From Styela clava (taxonomy: Eukaryota), in the NCBI RefSeq assembly GCF_964204865.1, contig NC_135256.1, positions 11,346,001 through 11,410,000 of the forward strand: a stretch of DNA of 64,000 nucleotides. The letters run 5' to 3'. The position numbers and the translations under genes were made by a program. Numbering within the stretch: the stretch's first letter is position 1; every line of letters starts with the position of its first letter. The notes beneath the pieces were generated by a model, which searched no databases, had not been told where the DNA came from, and was given only the letters and a program-made list of their open reading frames with translations. This document shows, piece by piece, positions 47,501 through 59,636 of this stretch.

Positions 47501-50214
47501 CAAACTCAAGTAGAATCTGTGATACAAGCTGGTCTCATACCACAAGTTATAATGCATTTAAACAAGGTACCTTCACAATGAAGTTTGTACAATGTAGAGT
47601 ACCGTAATTCTCATCCAACTGTACTCGTTTGAATTTTTGAGTAACAAGTTTCAAACCTATTTTAACTCATATGTGACCTTACCTTTGTTGCTGTTTAACA
47701 AAGGGAGTGAAATTTTCAATGTCCAATAATTTTTCAAAAAAAAACGTAAAAATATTTGGCACAATGAGAAAGATGTATCATTTTTATTTAAAATTTTGGT
47801 TCATCTTACTCTGAATGTATTAGAAATTTTAGAAAAGTGAATTTTCAATGTTTTACAAAATTGAAGTATAAAAACTAAGATATAATCATATTCTGTTTTC
47901 ACACAGAGTGATTTCCAAACACAAAAGGAAGCAGCTTGGGCCATCAGCAACCTAACTATATCTGGAAACAAAGATCAAGTGGCACATGTTGTTCGCCAAG
48001 GTGTCATTCCACCATTTTGTAACCTGCTGACTGCTAAGGATAATCAGGTGGGTGTCGAGTGTTGAACTTATCAAGTGCTGCAAAGTAGGTGACTAAAATA
48101 GCAAATTTAGAAAATTTCTTGTTGTTTTTTTCCCTTTGAAACTTGCACTGAGGTACATGGTCAATCAGGTAGACAAATTTCTCAAGTATTTCCCCATCTG
48201 CATGTCTCATGAATTTCTAAATTATAACATTTTAGGGCCCTATCGAAATATTGTAGGCAGGCAGATCAAAACAAGTTCACAATAAGCCATTCCTCAATTT
48301 CTTCAATTTTTTATATTGGCCATTTAACCCTTTCCGTGCGGTGGGCACGTATACGTACCAACGACAAAAGTCGCTAGATTGCGGCGGGTACGTTGATGTA
48401 CTCCACTGTTTTATTTAGCAATCGGTCGCAAACTGTTGGTCTAGTTTTTCCGGGTTTTAGTTTATTGATAAGAAGTCTTCTTCGAGATCAGCATAAGCGA
48501 AGGTAAATCTCGCTTTCGTTTACGACGGGAATTTTATTTGCGGCGGAACGAGGGAGTGTTTTTGAAATTTATGCAAATTTCAGTGTTTTTTGGGTGGTAA
48601 TAGAAGACATATTATCCCTTCCATCTACCAAAGTATTTTGAGTTAGATCACGAAATTGCTACAACAATATTATGCTATTGTTTGCCAATCACGAAGCAGT
48701 AACAGTAAAGGATTTAGCGAATATTTCTATTTTTTATCACGGTTTGAAGTTTCAACTCCCAAGAAAAAAAATGCCTTTTTTCTATCCGGTTTGTGACTCA
48801 GACTACCCCTTTTGAAAAAACTTTTTTTTTAATCGCCAATTGCAAGCTCTTTAAATAAGCTTTCCAACGAGCCGTCAGTGGGCAGCAGAGGATCATTAGT
48901 TTTTCGTTAGTCGATCGATTAGTTGTGGGGGTACAAATGCATAAAATCGGCGTAGCAAATACGATTATTTAATAAAAAATAAAAATCGCATGGAAAGGGT
49001 TAAGCATTCTTTCTTTTCCATGTGCCTTTCTCTTATTGGTTCTAGTGTTATAGCAATGTAAATTATGTAATAATCTCAAAATATTGTAGGAAGGCAAATC
49101 AAAACCAGGTTACAATAGGCTAATCCTTGGTTATTCCAAAATTCACTATTATTTTGCTCCGGTTATCAGAATGTGACACCATTTCTTAGTCTTAATCTTT
49201 TCCTATTGCTTGTTATATTTGTAATCTCAAAGTTATGTAGGCCAATAACATGATACAGTATTTGTTTATCCAACAGATTATTATTGTATGGTGAAGTAGT
49301 TCGCCAAAGAAAAGCTTGTTTGACTGCAGTCTTCTCCCACTATGCCGTTTCGCATTTCAACTGCCTCAATATATTGATTTTTAAGCAATTTTCATTTATT
49401 ACTGCTAGGTCGTTCAAGTGGTCTTGGATGGAATTATCAACATATTGAAAATGGCAGGTGAAGATGACGCTGTTGCTACTCTGATCGAGGAATGTGGAGG
49501 TGAAGAAGACTAAAAATTATTATTTGTTATCTTTTTCCGTCATGATAACAAGCTTCTATATTTGTTTTATACTTTCTCAGGTTTAGACAAGATTGAGGCA
49601 CTTCAGAATCATGAGAATGGAGATATTTACAAGCTGGCGTACGAGATCATAGATCAGTTTTTTTCTGGAGACGTAAGATCGATTAATGTTATTTATTTTG
49701 AACTTATATCATCAATTTCACAACTTCTGTCTGCTTATTATATATTGGTGTGGCTACTCTTCCAAATTTTTATGCCTGTACTGTATAAATGGTGCTCCCG
49801 AAGTATGCGAACCAAGATGGCGGACATCGGAACGTAACATGCGTAACAGGTTAGGGTTAGGCGATAATTTTTTCCAATTTTCCCTATTTTAGTCCTATTA
49901 TCAGTTCAAAGACTAGCCAAGAGCCTCCCGTAGTATTTATACCTAAAATTATGGCCTAACCCTAACCTAGTACACATATTCCGATGTCCGCCATCTTGGT
50001 TCGCATACTTCGGGAGCCCCGTATAAATTTTGATTTTTGTACTCTTTATCTTGAGAATATCATCCATTTTAATTTTTGTAATTTGTTTAATTTCATTTAC
50101 TTTTGAATGTATTTTCTCGAACAGATTGAAGAAGACATTGCCCCAGATAGCACACAGGGATTCCAGTTTGACCCATCTGTTAAGCTTCCACCTGATGGAG
50201 AATTCAAGTTCTGA
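38575..50214 (+). CDS. KPNA4: Importin subunit alpha, alpha-3 clade (KPNA3/KPNA4-like), 14 exons, ~513 aa
   Basis: Exons 38575-38640, 39077-39205, 40653-40788, 42086-42214, 42674-42760, 43389-43485, 44851-44968, 45921-46052, 46523-46651, 47462-47566, 47907-48047, 49409-49499, 49581-49672, 50125-50214. IBB ([23 protein letters not shown]), [52 protein letters not shown]. Likely co-orthologous to KPNA3 and KPNA4. Confidence 0.93.
40889..41190. mobile_element. hAT-type MITE remnant
   Basis: TTTTCAAACTTTTTT start, CGACCC/GACCC subterminal motifs, ends GCCCTG. Confidence 0.5.
43680..43942. mobile_element. Tc2/pogo-like MITE
   Basis: 21-bp imperfect TIR CCGTATATCCTTGCATATAAG / CCTATATGCGAGGATATATGG, flanked by TA; internal CTTATACGC repeats. 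Confidence 0.8.
45138..45423. mobile_element. hAT (Ac-like TIR) MITE
   Basis: TAGGG(G)ATGGG / CCCATCCCTA termini, perfect 8-bp TSD ATAGCAGG (45130-45137, 45424-45431), GGA(C/T)TCG subterminal repeats. Confidence 0.9.
48328..48999. mobile_element. piggyBac-type non-autonomous element
   Basis: TTAA TSD on both sides (48324-48327, 49000-49003); 13-bp TIR CCCTTTCC(G/A)TGCG. Confidence 0.9.
49791..50020. mobile_element. Palindromic MITE family A, copy 3 (inverted relative to copy 1), in last intron of KPNA
   Basis: Near-identical to the reverse complement of 18982-19217; perfect TSD GTATAAAT (49783-49790, 50021-50028). Confidence 0.93.
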
Positions 50215-53055
50215 GAGAGAGTGTCATGTTGTCCCGCCCGCCCCGTCCTATTCTCTTCCTGCACTACCTACCCCTCTGGAGTGCTCGTTTGATGATGAAG
50301 ATGATGCTTGCTGCCTGTCACATCACCCTAGTACAAAGCAGTCAACCAGCTGTTTTGGACAACTGTCTGTCCCACCTCCCCCTCGTGTGTGATGGTGCGT
50401 GCGAAGTGAACGTGATGATGCGTATGTGATGATCATAAATAAGCGTGCTGTGTGAGTGCGTATGAATGATACAGACCTTTTTCTGTATCGTGTGCCTGCG
50501 TAACATGAGTGATACGAGACTACTGACTCGACTAATTTGATCTTCTTCTTACTGTTGAGTGCTACTTTTCAAATTTTGACTATATCGTCACCGCAGAAAT
50601 ATTCAAAACTAGTGCTGTATATCTGCTGAGTGATTGTCATTCTCTGGAACAAACAACACAGGATTTAATTGGTGCAAAATATTCTCAAGCTTATCGAGTG
50701 AAAGACTGTTGTTGAAATTAGATTTACCGAACATTATTGTATTTTAATGGCGTAAAATGTAAAATATTTTGCTTTTAACCGTTTGTGTTTTTTTTGTTTT
50801 TTTTTTAACTTTACAACAATCAATTGAGAATGCTAATGAGTATGTTATTTCAACCAAGGTACCCTAAAAGGTTGATATAGCAATTTGCTTTCTCTAGGTT
50901 CATTTTTCATCACACTGAGATTGTGGGTTAGTTTGCTATATGGCAGCGAGATAATGGAAAAATATTGAATTTCTTTTCAGTTTTGGTCTGACTTATAATT
51001 TTATGGGGTTCATTGAGTATATGGATAGAAAATGGGATGGTCTGAATTATAACGTCTTGGCAAAAAATGCATGATGTCCTTGAATGACTGTTAGAGAAGT
51101 GATTCATGTGCAAATTTGTATTGTATTTACTCCCATTGATTACAAAGATATCTATGAAAATCAATATAAATTTCTATTATTTCGTCGGACATAGGAGGTC
51201 ATACATGGACTTCAAATTGTCTAGTATTATTTTGTGCCTGTTTGTGCATTATAAAAAGAATTTTTTCAAGTGCATAAATAAAATTCGACAAAGGCGGTCT
51301 CTTTGGCCCGACGTTCTCAAAGCTGTGTACCGAATCTGCATAATTGTTCGTAGTTTTACACCAGTGTGCCACCTAACTAAATCTGTACCAATGATTGATG
51401 TGCTAATGTCACAGCAACCTCTTGTTAGAAATGTTATTTTATTTTTTGCATTTACCCACTTTGTACATTTATTATTTATTAGTGATGCCCAATTTAAACT
51501 GACCATATGATTTCATCAACAAACATAAGATGTTTACAATGTGAGTATGTTGATGCAAAGTCTTGTTGTTTTAGTTCTCCTTGGATTGGCAGTACATGCA
51601 ACTTTTCACCAATTACCAAGTAATGTTGTTTTTATTATTTTATTAGTATATACCCACCTATTGGTTGTATATTATTCCTAGCCCGATCACATCATGTTGC
51701 CTCCAAATGCAACCTGTTCTAAACTTATAGACGAAATAAATGAAAGCTAGTTGCCATGAAAAGTTTGTTGCTGTACTGGACGTGTGTTTTTTAATAGCAT
51801 TTTTGTTCTGAAGTGGGGATGAATATAAAACAATAATTGTAGAAAATGTCATAAAAAAATCTCTCCAAAATTGTTGCTAGACAGAAAGGAAACATTTCCA
51901 AACCATAATGAGCAATTTTTGTATTAGACTAGTGCTTATAAATATAGTTTTAGTGTAATCAGCGCTTTGTGAGGCGCGTTTTATAACCTTATGGGACTAG
52001 AACTCGACTAGGGTTCTGCACTGACGACGACAAAGCACATTAGCAGTGTTAAATAATAGCGCGATACTCTGACCAAGCGTAGGTACAATCACACTCGCTT
52101 TAACATCAAACGAACTTAAGGAGTGTTTTAATCGTTACTACAACCTAATGGTCATGTCTGGTCAATGTCAGTAAATGCTTTGTAGAAAGCAATCAATGCG
52201 AAAGTTGCGCAAATATTGACGAGGGCGTTTCATTTAAAAATGATTCGTATCTCAACAAAGAACAGATTACTCTGCTTCATCAGTTGAAATATTTGCACTG
52301 TATGTAATCTTTAGTCAGTTTGAGCAGAAAGTCTGTCGGGTAGTCGCCTAAAGACACGTTATACTTCATTTAATCATGAAATGAGGGTAAAGAAGTGTAA
52401 GTGTATTAAACTTCATGAAATTTCATGGCAATCAAAAAGAGAAAGTCTGCGATAAAATTCATAATTTTCAAGACAAAGCTTTCTGCTCTTAGCGCATGTG
52501 AGTTGTGGTAATATTCAGAACTAGAATTTGGCACTTTTTATAAGGCAACTGAAAGTGGTACAATATTCATATGCGTCTCGTATATTTGGAGTTAAACTGT
52601 ATCGAGGACACTGGTTTTGGATTACTCTCTATCATAGCGACAGTACCGGTAATTCGTAATTAGTCAAGATCAATATATATGCTGTGTCTGCCCTGACTGG
52701 ACAAATGTCCGCATGGTTTTTTGTTCTTAATCGTATTTTAAACTTTTTCTCGGCTGAGTCGACGATACAGGCCATTGAATATTGACGCACAGCCTCTGGC
52801 GAAATAGTAAAGAGAAAAGCCTCGGCTTTGTTTGCGCGTATCATATAAAGTAGCGCGACAAACAAAGAACATGAGCGAAACGTCTGCAAATTAACCATTT
52901 TGCATGAGATAGCTTGGTCGACAAATATTTGTATTCAACACGTTGTTGTTCTCCAGGTATTGAGTAATAAGATTAGTTGCCAATATTTCGTAATAACACC
53001 TTAAATGGAGTGTTAGTGAGATGGACGAGGTCTGCCCATTGCCTGCTTTAGATTG

Positions 53056-53390
53056 ATGGCATATCACGTAAAGTACTGGCTGGACGTGCAGACACGTAAG
53101 ACCGTTTTCTGCGCGAAGCAAGCTGTAATTTATTCGTGCTTCCATCGAAGAATGAATAAATACTTGGCCTCTTCTATACTTGGTTTTCTGTTTGTTTGCC
53201 TGGTATACGCTACATTCAAATGTAACATAAGTAAGCTAATTCGCTATTGAATGAAAGAACATTGTGTCAGAAAGTCTGTCATTATGTACTAATTTATTCC
53301 CCAGGTGCGTCGTCGCAATATTCTACCAAGTTGGACAACGGAGAGAATTTACCGCAGTTTATCGTAGACTTTTTTCAGGCATTTAAAGAG
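53056..53390 (+). CDS. Alternative N-terminal exons (53056-53230, 53305-53390) of the CPTP/GLTPD gene encoding a signal-anchor
   Basis: Splicing 53230/53305 and 53390/54765 (GT-AG) stays in frame with the GLTP domain; encodes ..HRRMNKYLASSILGFLFVCLVYATF.. Confidence 0.65.
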
Positions 53391-54788
53391 GTAAGTTACT
53401 ACGCTATAAACGCGCTGGCGATAAAATCATCCACGCGTTTCGGGGACTGGGTGGTTTATGGGCAGGGCATGAACACTGCGCCGCTTACAGCTCAAAGTCA
53501 AAGCCGTCTGGGGATTCGAGAGGCGAGGGTGTGATAGTTGGTGATAGCCGACAAAATATTAAACAATTTTTGTATCAGTGCATGATGTACAATATCATTA
53601 GAATATGAACTGTAAGAGGATAATCTTTTCACACTGTGTTCAATATGTCTGTATGTTACAGTGCAGTCATTGCTATTTCTAGCCTCTTAGATCCTGTCTT
53701 GTATAATTCCCACAGGTATCTCAGCGTTTTCTGGTATGACTTTGGAAGCTCTTATATGTACTTGTAGGTCCATATAACGATTTGCTAGGTCTTTTAGCAA
53801 CTCAAGTTGGACAAGCCGTTAGTCATTTCACGATTTCCTTTCCATGTCAAATCTGATCCAGGTAATTGTTAATTAATTGGATCTTTTCCACAATCAGAAA
53901 TTTTCATTAGGTGTTCTGCAAACAATTTATGATATAAGAACTGTTAGGCAACTTGAAAATTGATGGTTTAATATACAATTTAGATATTACAGTATTGGGT
54001 GACCAAATTGAAGCGAGGTTTTACTATTAACTTTGTCATTTTTGTTTCATTTTGAGAATGATTTTTATTAGTAGCTAATTTTACGGTGTGTCGGTTTGGT
54101 AAATTCAGTTTGGAGTTCATTCAGTTATTGCTATAAAATATTAATGTTTTTGAAATCTTTCTGTCTATTTTACTCCAATTAACTGCAATTGAAAGATTTA
54201 TTTCATACTGGCAATGATGTGTAAAGTATTTGTTTGATCAGGTTTTGCTTGGCTAAAATTTTGCATAATATTTTGTGTATGGTAAATGTCAAACCATTCA
54301 ACCACTTGCCCAGCTGGCCTTAAACTTGCATTAAATTAATTAACGTATAATTGTAAATTCAATCTTTCTATATCTATATCTAGATGTAAGGTAATCTTAA
54401 TATATCTGGATATAGTATTCCCATCAACTTATTATATCGAAAGTTGTAGTTATTTTAGTTTTTCAAATATATAATAAATAAGCTAACTGACTTACTGATC
54501 CCGCCAGGTAATTTTTTACGTGTTGTTCTTGCTGTTATAATTCTGTTCAGTTGTGAATAAGTTTCAACTATTTGTAACTGTCATACACTTAGGTCTTTAT
54601 CAGTACTGACAATATTGACTAATTTTCAACACTTAGTGTACCTGAAATGTATAAAGATTCGTAACAGACTTTTTTATGGTACTATGTTTTATTTATAATG
54701 AATCATTTATGTGTCATCCATTCTTGTTCCTGTATTAATATAAACACTGTCCTTAACTTTCAAGGAAACCAATCCTGAACCAAAAAAG

Positions 54789-56689
54789 ATGGCGGACAAG
54801 TGCAGTGCACATTTTTCACTAGTTAATCTTTCTGAAAAGTTTGTTCGTTGTGCTACAACAGAAAATAAGGTAGAAGTCGACATGGATGCTTGTCTCGAAG
54901 CTTGGCATGAGTTGATTCGGTATGTATTCGACTTATCGGTATTAGCTTATATATTGATGTTATGGAATAGGTTTAACTGCAATATCAATAATGTTACAGC
55001 TTTTTAAATGCAATGGGAAAAGCATTTTCATTCGTATCATCTGATGTTGTATCGAAAGTTGAAATACTTGAAGGTTTTCGAAAGTCTGAAGCAAAAGAAA
55101 ATTATGAAACTGTAGAAAAGATGATGGCGTATGAGAAGAAAGAAAACCTTATTAATTACGAGGAAGCACCTTCAAGTAAGGTACGAAAAATTCAAATTTT
55201 CAGTTTTTACACTATTACACCGTCAGTTTATTCCATCTCATCCAAATAAAATCACATAGACCAGGGTCTCGAATCCATCTTAGTTATTTTGGAAATAATG
55301 TTTTAACAATGTATCGCGAATGTATATTACAATGCTTCGTTTGGTAACTTTGATATATCTTCAGGTGAAAGCATCTGGAAGCCGCACATTGCTCAGATTA
55401 CACAGAGCATTGAAATTTTTACTCCTATTTTTGGAAAAACTGGCAAAAAATGAAGAAGATGGAAAAGTGTCATTGATGGGATACAAAGCATATCATGCTT
55501 CACCAATGGCAAAGTATGTCGGCCAGTACTTTCGAATTAAAACTTTTTGAAATTGAAATTTGCTGAAGATAATTTTACAAATGCATAGTGTTAGAACCCT
55601 GATGACATTTTTGTCTATTATAGAATATAGAGACAGGATGATAAACAAATGCTGAAAGTAGTACCAAGCAAGTAATAGGTTGAGATACCTAATAGGTTGA
55701 AATTTGATATACTAGCCTGCAACTACAAAACTCTGTTCAGACTTGCATACCTTATTGCTTTGATCTTTTTCCTACATTGTGCAAGGCTCCTATGTATCCT
55801 GAGTTTTCAATGTTCGAAAAGCATTGATGAAAATCATGCATCTTGTTTCAGTAATTTAAATATTTTGATTTTTGACAGGTACCATCCATGGATTGTGAGA
55901 AAAGCTGTGGGTATTGCAGTTTATATGTTGCCAGATCGTGAAAAATTTATTAAGCAATTATGTCAGGATTTAACGGAAGAAGAACTTGTGAAAACTACAC
56001 TAACTACATCAGAGAGTATGGATGCAGTATATGAATATACACAAGCACTATATAGGTAAAACTCATTGTTTATGTTTAAACAAAATTTGATCTATGCAGT
56101 GCATTTTGAATAATCCAGGCTTTGGGCCACTCAGTTGTTCTGATCAAATATGGTGCTCAGTTATCTTGAACTTTTGTAACCAAATTTGGGCCGTGTCTAT
56201 CGGTTGAGCATGTAATTGTAAACAGGGCTGGGTTGTCGTAGCCTGGATCCATAGAATAGTGACATTCGCGGAAACAGAAATTTTTTAATTTTCCAGCTCC
56301 TGACCATCTAATTCTTCAGAATAAGTTTGAAATTCAGAGTTTAATTTTAAAAATTGAAATCTTTAATGCTTTTGAATCCGAATGCCATGAAACTGCTTTT
56401 GGTCTGATATTCATGGAGGTGGTCATATAAAAAAACATGAATGGCTATGGAGCTGGATACTGGCTCAGAGGTAAATAAATGAAGCTCTGGTACCTGCAGT
56501 CACAGTTTGAATATACAAGCTTCCCACCCTGATTGTGAACCTATTCATTGAAACATTCTAATAACTGTTTAATGCAACCTCATAGCAATTAGATGGCTGC
56601 TGTATCATATCTGCTATTACTTATCAGTGCTAATCTAATCGGTGTTAATTTTTCTTTTCAGTAAATACGAATTATCAGAGATACCCTGA
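54789..56689 (+). CDS. CPTP: Ceramide-1-phosphate transfer protein (GLTP-fold, CPTP/GLTPD1-2 family), core 221 aa
   Basis: Exons 54765/54789-54919, 55000-55180, 55365-55513, 55879-56055, 56662-56689. Motifs FSFVSSDVVSKVEIL, SGSRTLLRLHRALKFL, YHPWIVRKAV. Confidence 0.9.
56223..56531. mobile_element. hAT-type MITE
   Basis: CAGGG...CCCTG termini, 8-bp near-TSD ATTGTAAA (56215-56222) / ATTGTGAA (56532-56539). Confidence 0.65.
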
Positions 56690-59636
56690 TGAAAAAGAAC
56701 GAAACTCCTCAACTTCAATTTCTTATATACCAATTACAGAAGTAGAGTTCAAGCTCAGAAAGAAAATTAAATATTATCCTGCTTCAATTTACTATTGGAA
56801 TCCATACATAAATTTCACTGCTGATTTCTTAACCATCCCACACACAGTATCATAATAGTGTCTTCTGGAAAAAATCTTAATCTGCTTTATACAGCTGCTT
56901 ACCAAGCCTCACAGCCTCTTCAAACCTACAAAATTAGAATGTAAGATTGCTTATAAACATATTCTGATAACCAGATATAGGTAATACGAAAATAGCTAAT
57001 GCTAGAACTGATGAATTGTTTTGGCGGTTCATTGATGTTTTTATTATACAATAGGTATTTAGATGTGATCAACCTATTGATGGTACAATCTTAAGTACTT
57101 AGGCAAACTGCACAACCCATTGCAGAATATCAGATTGCACTTAAACTATTTCAGATAGATTTTCCTAAATATTCTGGTGATATGAATAGTCTTGGCACGC
57201 TATATTTAACTCTGCAAGGTTTAAACACGCGTGAGCATCGTTTGCATGAAGTAACATGTTCGTGAAATCGATGTGGACAGATCTGATAAAACGAAGCTCA
57301 AAGAAGATTATTATTCATTTTGTGCATTGCTCTGGTCATGAATGTGTATTGTAACTTTATGTTGAAACTCACTTTGTGAAAGTACACCCACACATATGGA
57401 AATGTTCTATTTTAATGGAAATGTGTCAATGTTGTGCAATATTATGCATTTTGTGTTAAACATTTCTTTATTGTGTTACTGCTTTGTAACAAGTATTTGT
57501 TTACTATGTTCATATAATCCATTGATATTTATTCTTATCCATTTTTAAGTCTTGGTAACAGTATTTTGGAAAGCGACTTGTGTTTCCTCTGCTTGGGGGG
57601 CAGGCCTTAGTCAGAGCACATGTGTGAATTACGTAAATTGGCCGGATATCGAAAATTTAACGAATTTATTATTTTGCCAAAATACATATGTGGCTGAAAT
57701 ATGTAGGCTTGTCGATTTTCTCATTGTTGCAGGCAGGTTAAGTTTACTTTATTTCGGATTGCGGGATGTAAAACGGAATTAATTATAATTCTCGATAAAA
57801 GACCGGAAATCCATGGTTATTTCCTAATGATAAAACCCGTCTCCTTGTTTATTTCACGGATATTCTGGCGCATTCTATTATAACAGTCCTGACATTTTTA
57901 GTCGGCAGGAGTATTTTATCTGTCATTGCTAAAATTTATTCTGGCGTCCAAAGTTCTATTTGGACAGTGGAGAATTTTTAAAACAACATCGTCTTTCTGA
58001 AATATTTCGATAACGAGTCCAAAGTTTCTCCAGGAGGGGTCTCCTCCGACAGTTTTATAGTCTGTGCGCGTCATAAAATGACATTGTGGTCATTTAATTT
58101 CGCATTAGAAAAAGTTTTTCCAACTGTGCGAATGCGGAAGGACTGTCGGCTTCAAGCCCGTACAGGCATGGGCCACGTGATAGACAACAAATCGATGTCT
58201 TGAACCGACGAAATAAATTGACCATGTGCGAAAATAATTAAAGTACAATAAAATATATGAAGCTGGACAATCGTGATATGATCTAGTTCTAGTCTAAGGA
58301 TATTTACACCGCTAAAGCTCGCGGTAAACAAAAATTTGTGATTTCAAATTGCACAAATCCCAAATAATTCATTAATATTACTGCTTAGTGAGAAAATAAA
58401 TGTGTGTTAATGTTTATAAAATTATAACCGAAGTGTATCTTCATTTATTTTTCATCTGCTCAAGTAAACGTAAAATTAAACTCACTCATGTGCGCGTTAT
58501 AAATTTTATACTATATGCGTTCTAAACTTTATTTTAGAAGCCCTATTGAATCAGTCTTTAATATGTTTTTGCTACATGTATGTTTCATATCATGCTGATT
58601 ATAGAGTCGAATAAAATCTCTCCTCGGCTGCCAAATGCCAACGATATTTCTTTGATTTTTGGACACAGATGCATCTCTTCACAACGATAAGAGGCTTGGG
58701 GTATGACGTATAACGCGTCAGCTGTTAATATTTGTTTTTGCCATGGCGCAATTCGCAGTTGGGCAGATGTTAAATCTTCTTATGTTAGTGCGAAACCATT
58801 GTTTTGAAAAGGTAGATTTTATTATTGTATAAAAAGGGAGAAAAGCTGACCCAGACCACAGTACAACTTCGATTGCGTGTGCCGTGTACTACGCGATGTA
58901 CATATTATTGTATCTAACGTTCAGTCAGACGCTGCAAAAAGTTGAGATTGCAATATCAGAATACAATTAGACCACAAAATTAACAGCAATCAGACTATAG
59001 TCTACAAGTGTCTTGGTATTATTAATAAAAGGTAGTCGTAAATCTACTGCTTCTGGCAGTCTGGTGCCGGTATACGGTACCGGTACCGTACTTTATCCTA
59101 CTGGTTCTTCAGCAATTTCTGTATTCAGCATAATAAATTTTGGGCAGGTTAGAGATGAATAGTGGAATTTGACTGATTCAACATTGCGACTTTAAGAGAT
59201 TTTTAGTGCAACTTTGACCGAACCTTGAGAGATAAAATGATTCATCAGTCATACCACAAACCGAGAAGTTACCATACTGCCATAAAGCTTAGTTGTCCAT
59301 ATCAGGAGTTTCCCTAAACATATTATTTCAGGTTGAAATCTTATTGAAGATGATCAGATCCACGCATTGGCAGTGTATTGGTGTACGGATTTGACAATAT
59401 TAAACCCAATTGGAGTTATGCCAGCTAACGTATGAGAATCTAGTTTGAACGATTTGATGTCAACTGCTTGGCAAAATTATTTCATGAGTAACAACTTGAC
59501 ATTTATTAACTAAAAGCAACATACGATATATCCAAAGGTACTACAAACTCCTCACTACTCGAAAATTTGAATTTTACAGTTAGCTTATTCTAGACCTGTT
59601 TTTTACCATTTCCTACTAATAAATTAATCTAACACA

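Noticed and set aside
50030-50392. 120-aa ORF overlapping the last KPNA exon in another frame
   Set aside because: Starts inside the intron with no splice route to this frame; likely a by-product of the GC-rich UTR.
54749-54764. TCCTTAAC (U12-type branch consensus) before the CPTP acceptor
   Set aside because: Candidate upstream donors are U2-type (GTAAGT, GTAATT); no (G/A)TATCCTT donor was seen.
54784-54797. AAGATGGCGGAC at the CPTP start, identical to part of the MITE arm
   Set aside because: No flanking similarity to the MITE; it is a common Kozak/YY1-overlap sequence.
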